This document shows positions 50,318-62,279 of a stretch of 64,000 bases of DNA, one piece after another (within the stretch, counting starts at the first letter, position 1; each line of letters opens with the position of its first letter). The stretch is taken from contig OZ281496.1 of NCBI GenBank assembly GCA_965637545.1, forward strand, positions 12,834,001 through 12,898,000. The letters are read 5' to 3'. The position numbers and the translations under genes are program-made. The notes under the pieces are model-generated. The model saw only the letters and a program-made list of their open reading frames with translations, was not told the DNA's origin and did not search any database. Source of the DNA: Phallusia mammillata (taxonomy: Eukaryota).

Positions 50318-50814
50318 CAGGGACCCGAACCCGCGAACCGGTTTGAGCGGTTAATTTCATTAAACGCGAACCGAACCCGAACCGCTAATTACGAATTTTC
50401 AAAAACCCGATCTGGAGTTGAACCCTATATTTTGTTTGGCGTTGGACCGGAACCGAACCACACTAAAAATGCGGTCTTTTTTAAATTTGTGATTTTTTTC
50501 AAAACAGCGCACTGAAAAATACGCGAGATAACACTTATAGGGCGTGTCAAAATTAACAGTGCTCGGGCAATTTTTTTTTGGAGTTTGATTAGGCCAGGGT
50601 GGTGATGGGTGGAATTGAATGAAAACGAATGAAAATTTGAACCGGTTTAAAAACCGCAAACCGGTTCGGACCGGATAATTTGCCCACACCGGAACAAAAC
50701 CCGAACCCGAAAATATACATTTTGAAAACCTGAACCGAACCCGAACCGTTAAAAATAAAACCAAGTGAACCTGAACCGAACCTAAACCCGTATGACAAGC
50801 GGTTCGACTCCCTG
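50318..50814. mobile_element. hAT MITE with AACCG subterminal repeats
   Basis: TIRs cagggacccgaacc / ggttcgactccctg; TSD GTTAGAAG at 50310-50317 and 50815-50822. Confidence 0.93.
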
Positions 50815-51655
50815 GTTAGAAGTACAAATTTGTGCAGGTGTCAAACGCTTTAAAAGCACTTGCACATACCGTTTTGGTACAAACTGATTTCTTGCCCAAT
50901 TTAGTCTTTCTTCTTTAGAATTTTCACTCTTTCCTGTGGACAAATAAAACAGTTAGTAACACAGATTAAACATGATACAACTGTAAAGGTGACTTCCTTT
51001 TTACTGATTTTTTTGCTGATTATCGTTTCCATGTTTCAATGTTAGTGGAGCTATAGGGCTGCTTTCCTGCCAAAACTGCGGGAAAAAAACAAGCAGTACC
51101 GACACCTAAAATAGTGCTGTTTTCAACAGCTCTGTCAGCATCCATTTCCTCAATTGTGACCCCTAAATGGCATCTGCTTAAAAATACGCTACGATTACAT
51201 TTAAGTATTTTTACAGTAAGCGACTAAGCGTAAGACAATCTTTAACACACCTGAGCATTTAAACGAATCGGACAGGATCTGGCTGCTTACTAATTCCTTT
51301 TCATTCTTGTCTGCAACAGAACACTTTAAATATAAAATGAGTGAACATATTTTGAATTACGTTCAATCACCTTTATCTGTGCCATCACAAACACTTTGCC
51401 TTAATTGTGGCATGGATCTTACTTCACAAATAAACCTGTTTGGTCTCTTCTGATCGTGGAACTTCATCAGCATCGTCAGCACTTTCCAAATTTGAGGTAT
51501 CTCCTGCCAACTTGCACATCTTGTCGCCCATTTTAAAATCACCTTAAGTTTTAAGTACATACTAAAAAATAGAAAGAAAATATTCTGATATCATGCAGAT
51601 CCTACGCTTGTTTGTTTGGAATTTCTCCTTTACGTGCACGTGAGCGGGCAAACTT

Positions 51656-52400
51656 CACTGTAAAAAAATTGGTCAACAGGGCCTAAAATTGTTGGGTTTT
51701 TGTCAAAGGGGAAATTGGGTTCGTTCGTGGGGTCACCCAACAAATATTGTTGGGTAATTACGATTTTTTGGGTAACTCTATTTTGAGTATTTTGTACCCT
51801 AATTTTAAATTGGGTACTAATATAATGTTGCCGTTACTCAGAAACTTCATTGCGGAAAGTAAACATGCAAACTTTTATTAAAACACCACAATCAAAGTGG
51901 TACAAACACATGTAAGTTGCATGCATGATGCAACAGCATACAGTACATGACTCATAACAATGACAATAGCCAAAAACAATGTGGCCAAAGAACTAAGCAA
52001 CTATAGAAAATGTTCAATTTCCGTTTGAAATATTTTCGGGATTGATCATGATTTTATAGTTATGTCCAGATCTTACAGTACTGATAGAGACATTGCGAAT
52101 TCCTTTGCACTACTGTAAACATTGGGACAATCTGTTTTTAGCCAGAATTGTTGCAAAAACTGCAGAGCTCGCAAGACATGTGGACATTATTCGTAATTAA
52201 TAATGTAATATTGAGCGAATATGGCTATAATTGCTTGATTTGCATTTTGCACTTCCGGAGCCGTTTTTTTTTCAAAAAAAAACAAGATACTTTTTAGGAC
52301 TTTTAAGTGATCTGTAGATCATTAAGAATGGTTGTAGGCGGTCAGTGACCTGATGATAGATATCAGCATGTGTGGTGTTTTCCTGTAAAACATATTAATG
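51656..52400 (-). mobile_element. EnSpm/CACTA end plus decayed accessory-ORF fragment
   Basis: CACTGTAAAAAA terminus, ttgggt repeats and a minus-strand fragment AIIAIFAQYYIINYE..ALQFLQQF. Confidence 0.5.
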
Positions 52401-52639
52401 TAAATAGTTGGTAAAACCATTAACTAGATGTTACAAAATTGTGTGTTTAAGCTCACTGCCACCTGGTAATGTCTAATCATTATATTTTGTCGTTGCAGGA
52501 AAACTTTTCCAGGGAGTAAATTAATTTTTGAATGTTGCAAAGTTTTAAGTACGATTTGGCAAAGCAAAAACACGGTGGCGGGCCGTACCAGGGCCACGTG
52601 CAGTAGTTTGATGACCCCTGGTTTAAGCGAACGCAATAC

Positions 52640-53240
52640 ATGTCAAAACCAAATGTATGCTTTTAAGCGTTTAATTTGCTGTACAAACGCTCTTCCAGCA
52701 CATATGATCTTGTTGTTTTAGCTGTTATTGCAAAATTGCTTTATATGACGTGTCGAGATCCTTGAGCTTTTTTCTGCCTTTTTCGTATTGTTCAGGTTTT
52801 TCTTTCTGCTTCTTTGTTTTGCAAGCCACCATTCAACATAATGCTGCGACTTCTTGACTTCTATGTCTGGATAGTCTGTTGTCAGAAATTCAATAAAACT
52901 TGACAGAGTTGCCAGATAGGGAAAATGTCCCAGCGGATGCAGAATCCGTCCCTACTTTCTTTTGTTGTGGTGTTGAACTCCCATGGAAACCAGGACCTTT
53001 TCATAATTACAGAGAATCTCTGCAAATTGCTTCTGTCGATAATGTTCTTTGAAGCCTTAAATAGTTTCACCGCCAAAGCAGCACTCGTATCCGTGGTATT
53101 TTTTGTAGCGACCCCCTTTTTTCTTTCGCTCTGTTGTCAAAGAATTTGGAACATCGGGATGCTTCTTTCGGTGGTTAGTGACATTAACATAAGTTTGATT
53201 GCATTCCGGCACAGGGCACAATCTCTTACGTCGTTTACCT
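52640..53240 (-). pseudogene. Tandem zinc-finger plus tyrosine-recombinase-like gene remnant, copy 2
   Basis: KRRKRLCPVPECNQTYVNVTNHRKKH, YKKYHGYECCFGGETI*GFKEHYRQK, ILCNYEKVLVSMG, SAGT..YLATLSSFIEFL; homologous to 41777-42412. Confidence 0.5.
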
Positions 53241-54214
53241 GCTACGTGCTTTTGTTTTGCTGCAAAACAAGTTAAGATTTGAAATTATTGAAGTACGAAT
53301 GAACATGTTTTCATGTAAGTGATACAATCATAATCATGACACCAAAAACAAATATATTTAATTTCATGTGGAGTGAATGGAATTCGACGACTAATATTAA
53401 ATTGTGTATTTGGTAGATAAAACTAATGTGAGTAAAACCATAATCTAGTCTACCTTGTAAGATTATTTAAAGCTGAGTACTGCTAAAGTTACGATGAAAG
53501 TGATTGAACCACATTCTGACCGACAATTCATCAATGTTTGCAGTACTCAGTGACGAACATTTGGGACTTGTTCGTCAAAAATTTTTAAACATGTTACTAT
53601 GAACTTGACAGTGTAACATTGTAAAACAACCAGGTAACCAGCAGCCTGTTTACATGGTCGGATTGGATTTAAGTCGAGCAGACTCATAATGAAGTCATAT
53701 GCACTTTTTAAATCCGCTAAAACATGGTATTTATACAGATGTCTTCTTGTGTCTTGCAAATTTGTGCAGATTTCTTGCAGTTCCAGTTAAACATTATTTA
53801 ATACACTTATTATCTTATTCAAATAGAATTTTTTCGCCCTATTTTTTATTAAAAAGGGAAAAATGCCGTTTAGGGCGGAAATTATACTTATTATATATTG
53901 CTAAAGAATAAAAAATAAGTATACTAAAACTTATCTGTAAGATTGTGGTAGGAATTTTAAGTAAAAATATCCAGGGGGTGCTGCAGCACCCTAGCACGAG
54001 TCCGCCCCAGTCTTATCATCAACAAAACTTATCTTGAATGTGTCTAATTCCTGCAAAGCGTTTTCTGCATTGGTGAAAAGCAAGATTTGGCCACAAGGAA
54101 GACGCCGCTGGTTTCATTTTGTGATTCTTCCACAAGAACCGCAAATGTTAGTTAATTGAGTTTAATAATTAAGTATTTTTGTGAAAAAACTGCAGTGTAG
54201 CATTTAGGACTAGA

Positions 54215-54450
54215 TCGTTTTTAGGGGTCCGGGTTCGTTTAGTTTTTTAAAAATGTGTATTTTTGGGTTGATGTTTTGTTCCGGTTCGGTCAAATTATTA
54301 TCCGGTCCAAATCGGTTTGCGGTTTTTAAACCGGTAAAGATTTTAATTTGTTTAATTTTAATTTTTTCCATGATCTAACTGGCCTTATTAAACTTCAAAA
54401 GATTTTTCACCGTGTATTGTTATTTTTGATACGCCCCATAACTGTTAGAT
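54215..54450 (-). mobile_element. Fragment of the 50318-50814 MITE family
   Basis: ttatccggtcc..cggtttgcggtttttaaaccggt is the reverse complement of sequence near 50640-50680. Confidence 0.7.
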
Positions 54451-54968
54451 GCAAGAAGAGATCTTCTTATTTTTTCCAATATCTAGGGTAGACTTTCCAG
54501 TCTGTAATTTATTGGTTTGTTTATCTTCTTCCGCCTTAAAACGGGTTTTCACTCATCGGCACTGTGATTATTCGCTCCGACTTTTTACCTTCCACATCCT
54601 TGTAACAAATTGATTTTACTTTATCCTGCTTGGTGCTGGCTGTTTCGCCACTGGTTATAACGCGGTGAATAATTTTACTTGCCACACGAATTGGTTTATT
54701 TTCGGCTTGTGCGTTATTAGCACCAAGCATTCCACAAACTTTTGAAATATCTGTGCAGTGCATGAAAACTTTAACGTACATTTCTGGTTGTTTAACTGGA
54801 TTTCCTGTATATAAAACGACTTGTTTCGGAGCAAGACGATAAACCGGGAGTCCGTTGGTTGGGTAATCAACCGACATTGATAATTTAATTTTCGTATGAT
54901 TAAAATTTCGTGCAGAAGTTTTCTTTTGCTTTTTACAGCATAGGAGCCTAAATACCTTCACAATTGCA

Positions 54969-56952
54969 TTGCTTAGTTACGGTCTCAATTTCGCTCCTAC
55001 ACCACGGTGGACGGAAACAATTGAAAATCGCGAGTGGTTAAATGCCTACCAACATGTCCGGAGGCTCGAGTGGAGTTCACTGTTCGAAGAAAATCACGAA
55101 GAACCAGCGATACCCGAAAAAACTAAAGTACAAAAATGCTCCAGACCACATAAAGACCTTCTTGGTGACGCCATTAAAGTTTATGGTGATATTGCCTTCG
55201 CCAAGCTGCGTCAATTAGGAACAAAGGTAATGCAACGGTATCACCAACGATGCAACCTTAATACAAGGATGAAGTGGAGTCTACGCAAGCTGATTCACCT
55301 GACATCAAGCCACACAATTGTCATTTGCAAATCGGACAAGGGTGGCAAAATCATAATCATTGACTATGAAGACTACCAACAGGTTATGGAAAAACCGCTC
55401 GAAACACACGTCAAGCTGGAATATTCCTCTGAAGTATACTTAGTAAACCTTTCTCGCGCCAAAAATAAGTGTGAAGAAAAAAATCATAAACCTTCACAGA
55501 GATAACGTTTTAAGCGACATAATGCTATGGCACACACTCGGAATAAAATGCTAGGGAAATAGCTATCAACATGTTCCTGGTCCCTCGGCTAAGCACTTTT
55601 CATGTTGTACACCTTCATACGCCTATCCCTTGTTCAAAACGCACAAGGTAGGTTTGAAGCAACTGGTAGAGATGGGCGTCGGTGAAATGCCTGTTCGGTT
55701 GCTGCAGTCGCTGAGTCACACACCCATGTCCAGAATTACAGCGTTCTTAGAATATCTGTTAAAGCCAATAAGTGTCTCATATAACCAAGCCGTTGTTCCT
55801 GAGTACTGCCGGGACAGGGACAGCTGTCATTATTTACGTGAACTTTTAAATTGGAAGGACAAGACAACATCAACAATTGAAAAACAACTTGCGGATACGC
55901 CTCTGTTTATCGTAACAGCAGATGTCAAATCACTTTACAACAACATGGACCGGTCGCACCTCAGTGCGGCGCTTAAAGACGCGCTTGAAACGGAGAGCAA
56001 CTTCAGCAAACACAGTATAGAAAACCTTATCGAACTAACATTCTTATGTTTGGAAAATGCCATCCTCAAACACGGAGACAATTTTTACACTAAGAATAAG
56101 GGCATCGTAACTGGTGACAACCATTCTGTCTCGCTCGCCAACATTGGCGTTCATTATATTACGGTGCAGGCAGAGTGCTTTATACAAAAGACAGAACTGT
56201 TCAGGAGGTTCATTGACGATATGATTTATCTCTGTTTTGGCTACAATATGTTCAGAACAACTATTAGGGGTATCGAGAGCGTGTTTGCCACTCACGGTTT
56301 GGAAATAACACACAACTACATAACAACCGCCCAAACCGAGGGGCATATTCCATTTCTGGATGTGAACCACGTCATAAGCCGACAGAATAAATTTAAATTC
56401 AAAACAACAGACTACGTCAAAGACACCGCAACCGGCCGACGATTTTTAAACGGATGGTCCCACCACCCTCCTTCCGTTTTTAAGTCCATTGTACATGGGG
56501 AGTCAAAACGACTACGGCGCTTAAGCGAACGGGACGATGATTTCAGAGCCAGTCTTTGCAAATTGCGTATCAAAAGGCTCTGAATGTTTGGGCAACGAGC
56601 TTCCAATCACTACTCCAACCTACCGCAATAGACCGAAGTTTGGTAAAAAATATCACAACAACATGCAAACGACCACCAACACTCGGAAACCTTCTTACCT
56701 GCTACAGGCGGCTAGCGCAAGTGGGGGAAAACAGTTCCATGCCTGGGGGTTCATCTGCACCTTGTGGACACTTTGGAAATCACAAAGTAATGGTTGACTA
56801 TACCACTAACATACAAAGCAAAAAGGGTGTAACAAACTTACGGCAAACACTCACATGCCGCAACTATGGCATATATGCTGCCACCTGCACAATATGCCAT
56901 AAGCAGTATGTCGGTCAAACGAAAATTAAGTTTTCAGTACGTTGGACGGGAC
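54969..56952 (+). pseudogene. Penelope RT and N-terminal half of the GIY-YIG endonuclease (frameshifted)
   Basis: ORFs 54969-55505, 55630-56583 and 56556 onward. Confidence 0.9.
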
Positions 56953-57915
56953 CAGGGGCGGATCTAGAAAAAAAATTAGGGGGGACGTCGGTCGGTTACT
57001 ATTTTGCCATGCTTTTACATGCCATCCTGTCGTCACGCCAAACTGCTCCACTGTCTTATTGTTGTTCACCGTTACCCTTGCCCTAATAAACAATGCAGGT
57101 GGCAGAAACGTGCAACCGCTAGCCGAAGCGTCGCAGTACCGGTTCCGTTTGCCGCAGTGTGACCTAATTTTTTCAACAAATCACAAACATTTTCCAACGA
57201 AAATCTTTAAAGTACACAACTGGTACAATAAATAGTGTAAATCATATTTCTGTGTTTAATACTACTGAGACTTCATTCGGCTTGATTTTTTAGTTTATGT
57301 GTGGCAAGTTTGTTACTTACATTTACGTGATTGTTAAATATTGACTTGAATAAAATTTCAAATTCTATGTATTTTCGATGGAAAATGTAAACACGCAAAT
57401 GTAAAATCTTAACTCAGTAACGCCTAAAATGCCGTGTCAAACTTGAACACCTCAAGAAATGTGCATTTGGAACTCTGAGATGATACGCCATTACTTTCAG
57501 CAGATTTATAATTTTATAATTAATTATAATTATTCCATCACAGTGATATTGAAAGAAAACAATAAGCTTTATGACGCAACAGTTACAATAAGGTGGGGAA
57601 AAGTCATTGTAGCTTGGCAGATTTTGTGGCCAGAATAAGTATTTATTGGAAAAATGTATGCTATATTGATAAAGTTAGAAGAGTGCAGCTATAAATTTAA
57701 ATAACGTAATGACATAGTTTTTCCAGCACATTTAGCATCTGCTACTAGATTATTGTGTAATAGCTGATTTAGCAGTTTTTGTTTTTTTACTAAGCACAGT
57801 GTTTAATACAGAAACTTGCAATTACGTCGGCGAATACAATAGTAAAACCAGTTGTCACATAGAAAGAATTTGTACATGTTGTTTTACAGAGTTACAGTAG
57901 GCATAAAAAAGAAAC

Positions 57916-60900
57916 ATGAGGCAGTCAAGTTTACAGTCTTTTTTCAAGAGTAATCAGGCCTCTTCCACCCCACAGCATACACCATCAGACAGCGAGCCAG
58001 TCGACCGTAATGAGGCAGTATCGTCTTCATCTAGCCACAGCACTCAAAAAGCTTCTGTCTCTTCCACAGCGACCGAGTCTCACTTCTCATTAAATCTATT
58101 GGATCCGACATTGGCCAACTACCGTAATTTTCCGTGTATAATGCGCAAAATTTAATTAATTTATTGTCCTAAAATCTAGGGTGCGCATTATGCATGGGTA
58201 CAACAGTTTTTGAAGAAAATCTGCCTCGAAATAAAACTTGAAATCAGACCTTTCTTCTTGTTTGTTGTCTATCGCGCATCACATTTAGCCATCCTGCCCA
58301 ACACACTTGGTCAGTAAATTTCATAATCGACGACACATCGTTTGATGCGATGGTGCAATCTTTGATGGTGTGTTATTGTCAAATACTGCACACTGCCCAT
58401 TTAGCGACAACGTGAATGGGATGATATCATTGGCGATATGCAACGGATGGAACTAAAATTTTGTATATATGTTTCAATTTAATTATTCTGATTTTTAGGT
58501 ATTTTAATCTAAAACATATTAAACTTCATTTGTGTTTTAAAAATAAAAATGTTCTCTGCAAGTATTAAGATCGGTTCCGCTTGAACGCGACCAGTAAGAT
58601 CTCGTTTGTTGTCACGATGTACCCTGCACAAATCCTAAACATTTTTCGCTATCGAGTTTGCGAGCGCATGCGCAGTGATACTGACCGGCAGAATAACACC
58701 CGGTTGTTTCAAAAGATTATCTTTTTTCTGAAATAATTTTACGTAAAACTTTGGATGCGTATTATACATGGGTACAAGCTTTTTTCCAGCATCGACATGC
58801 CATTTTTAGGGTGCGTATTATGCACGGGGGCGCACTATACTTGGAAAATTACGGTAGCCACAGCTCCACACCCGCCTCATGCTGAGATAAAGCTTCAGGT
58901 ACTTAGTAACCCGTGGGTCCCCCCTGAAGGCTACACGTTTCCAACATTTACTCGTGTCGTGAACGGAAAGATGCGCAAACAAAGCATTGTTCGTGAATGG
59001 TTCCAAAAGTTTCCGTGGCTGTCATACAGTGCAGCAAAACAAGGCCTGTTTTGTCGACAATGTGTCCTTTTTGCCCCAGTCAGCGTGCGTGGATCAAGGC
59101 TTGGCAATCTTGATCGTGACCCATATGGCGTGTAAGCAACGCAGATAACAAAACGAATTGTAAATCTTGAAAAGCATTCGCTGGAGTCGTATCATATTGA
59201 CGCGGACGGAAAAGCTTGCGACTTCATTCGAATGTATACCTCAAACCGTGGAGATGTGGTCAACCAAATGACTGCTCACTCTAGTGAACTTGAAGCGTTA
59301 CGCAATCAATTCTCAAAGTCTGTCGTTGCCACTATTAAGCTGTGCGGAAGACGGGGCTTACCGTTACGTGGACATCGGGATGATGGTCGTTTGAATTCGT
59401 CTGATTGCTGGGTTCCATGCTGACGCTGGTGATTTTGCTGTAAAGCAATATCCAAAAAGGGATCCATCTAATGCAACGTACACCAGCAAAACGATTCAAA
59501 ATCAACTGATTGGACTATGTGGCAACTACATACGAGCTACTTTAGTTAGCGACATAAATCAATCCTTTTATTTTCCCTCCTTGCTGACGAAACTACAGAT
59601 GTCGCAGGTAATGAGCAGTTGTCTATCACTGTACGATATCCCCAAAACAAGTCCGTTAATCCGCTTCGACCTGATTGGTGCATTAAAGAGGTTTTCCTTG
59701 GTTTTGTTCAAGTAGAGGATCTGTCAGGGGAGAGTTTAGCGCGAACTCTTATCGAATCACTTGTTCGCTGGGGTATTCAGATCAGCGGTTTGCGCGGTCA
59801 GGGGCACGACGGCGCTGCCAACATGTCGGGACGATTTCGTGGCGTCCAGTCGTACATTCTGCAAAATCATCCGCTTGCTTTTTACACCCATTGTGCATCA
59901 CATTGTCTGAATCTGGTTTTAATGCACTCTTGTGAAGTGAAAGATATTCGGAGAGCCTTGAAGGTTCTATCCGACGTGATCAACTTCTTTCGTTCCTCAC
60001 CTAAACGGCAAACTATTTTAGAAGCTGCCGTTAAAAATCATTTTCGTGGTGATACTACAACCAATGCCACCAAATTAACAAAGTTGTGCCAAACCAGATG
60101 GGTGGAGTTTTGAAGTTTTTGTTGTTGTACCCGTGTATTTTGCAAGCGCTTCTGCAAGTAGAAGAATTCCTCAATAACAGTGTGTCGTCACAAGCCGAAA
60201 CGCTTCGACGACAGATCACTTCATTTTCATTTTTGGTCACAATACAAACACTAAAGTTAGCCACCGAAACTCTGCTTGCCTTGACAAAGGCTTTGCAGAA
60301 AGAAAAAATGGATGTGGTCTCAGCAAGCGAAGAACTGCGTGAAGTGAAATCAGTTTTGCAGAATTTACATCTCGGGCAATTTGAGCAAGTGTTTGAAAAA
60401 GCAAAGTATCTAGCCCACCAGCACAATGTTCCCGTCCGTTCCCATCGTTTCGGTGCTAGCGAGAATGAAGAAGATATATAATCCAGCACTTTTACAACAA
60501 TATGTTTGTACCCTTTGTATCTTCGTTAATAGAAGGCGTGGATGCACGTTTTAGTACGATGTTTCGAACTGCTGCAAAAATTAACCAATTATTGCCGATA
60601 TTATTACGTAAGTGTAATTAAGTAAGAGTATAATAGCCTACCAGTTAAGATGGCAGGTATAAACGTAAGATATTTGTTAAGCACTTACCCGTTTGTTTCT
60701 GTGTACTTTTTAAGTTTTGTTATTCTTTCCATCTAGATGGGACAGATTGCGATGTCGAAAAATTTCAAGAGGTTGCCAGGCTGTATGCCAATGACATAAA
60801 GCCTGAAGACTTTTTGCTTGAGTTGCCCAGGTGGTATCGCAAATGGAACTCAGTGGAAATGACATCAATTGCTGAATTGCCATCTAATTTTCTGACGACG

Positions 60901-61300
60901 CTTAACAGGTGCAGTCCACTCCTTTTCCCCAACATCTTTAAGTTACTGAAGGTTGGTTTGTAAAAGAGTTTATGTCCAAATATTGAAGAAGTATTATTTG
61001 TTATATAAAACAAAACGTCTTTTGCAGATATTTTGGACACTTCCTGTGACTACAGCCACGGTTGAAAGATCCTTTTCAAATCTTCGTCGCCTTAAAATCT
61101 ATCTAAGAAATACGTTGGTCCAGGATCGTTTAAATGGACTTGCGCTGTTGAACATCCATAATGACATCCACATTCCTGATGAAGCCATTGTGGACGAATT
61201 TCTGAGAAAAAAACGTCGAAAACTAAAAGCCTTACTTAATCAAACCGAAGCATACTATAAACTTGTGTTGTGTATAAAGTTTGCGTTTCTTTTTCTGTAA
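57916..61300 (+). pseudogene. hAT transposase (TTF zinc finger, DUF4371-like region, dimerization domain) with introns
   Basis: WLSYS..GLFCRQC, LPLRGHRDDG, YTSKTIQNQLI, LADETTDV, RGQGHDGAANMSG, HCASHCLNL, TRWVE, LPVTTATVERSFS..RLNGLALLNIH; frameshifts present. Confidence 0.92.
58122..58854. mobile_element. Non-autonomous pogo/Tigger-like element (same family as 22821-23633, opposite orientation)
   Basis: TIRs ccgtaattttcc / ggaaaattacgg; TA TSD. Confidence 0.93.
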
Positions 61301-61701
61301 CGTTTTCCTGTTTACCTGCTGCAAATAAACAACGAACCATTCTTACTCTTTTTACTTTCTTAAATAGACAGATTGTTCAAGTAGTTCCATGCGTCTGGGC
61401 ACCAACTGAACTAAAACTGCTTGAACGCAGTTGCATCATGCAATCACGCTTTGACACGTAACAACAAGATAATTGTTGTGGTCAACAAAGCATTATGTGA
61501 CAGATCTGTGAGTTCTTGTGGGGGCGTCAAAATAGCTATTTGTGGCTTGAAAGCAATTTCAAGGTCGTTATCACGTAAAAATACACAGGTAAAATTCTTC
61601 GAACGACGTATATCGATTGGGATTAGTGCGCACAAGCTACTTATTTTTTTTCCTGAGTGGGGTGTCCAAACACCAAACACCCCCGTCTGGATCCGCCCAT
61701 G

Positions 61702-61945
61702 GACGGGACACAGATCTATGTGGAATTCATTCAAACCGGGTGATTATAATGAAAAGGCAGCCCTTTGTCAGCACTATGCCACAGAGCATAGCACCAATGC
61801 CCGTGACCCTATCAGCACGTGTTTTCGGGTGCAGTTTTTGGAGCAGCCACCTATCCATCTACTGGACATCTATGAAAGTAAGTGGGCAAGCAAGAATGGA
61901 GCTGAAATAAACACACAAAAAATGTTTTTACCCTACATTAAATAA
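61702..61945 (+). pseudogene. C-terminal half of the Penelope GIY-YIG domain
   Basis: GHRSMWN..KAALCQHY..FRVQFLEQ..LDIYESKW..INTQ. Confidence 0.85.
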
Positions 61946-62238
61946 CATTTCATTCTTTTATTCCTACGCGCATTTTGTCCGTTCATTTTTTACCAGTGTT
62001 TCCGCCATTGTTGTTTACAACGCTTCTGCAGTCCTTATCTACCTTCTTTTGCCCCGCGCCACAGATTGAGCGTTTTTCATTTTCTTTACGTCTTTACTAC
62101 TGCGTGTGTGCGTATTTGGCCGCGCCATCAGCAGGTCCCAGTTCTACCTTACTGTCAGCAGGTTTTAACGCAGGTTTTTACGTTTGTTGTGCTTTGCAGT
62201 TTAACTTGCATACGATTTTTAGCGCTGTTTTGTTTTTA

Positions 62239-62279
62239 GATACTGACGATGCCTATTACTTAGGTGAAATATATATGTC
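62239..62279 (+). ncRNA. Minimal type I hammerhead ribozyme
   Basis: gata-CTGACGA-t-gccta(ttact)taggt-GAAA-tatata-tgtc in the Penelope 3' region. Confidence 0.8.

Larger units (their letters stand above)
56953..61701 (+). mobile_element. hAT transposon (Tip100/ZMYM1/THAP12-like)
   Basis: TIRs caggggcggatctaga / tctggatccgcccatg; perfect TSD GACGGGAC at 56945-56952 and 61702-61709. Excision restores RWTGHRSMW. Confidence 0.95.

Noticed and set aside
50399-50798. ORFs rich in RF/GS repeats
   Set aside because: They are translations of the MITE's AACCG repeats.
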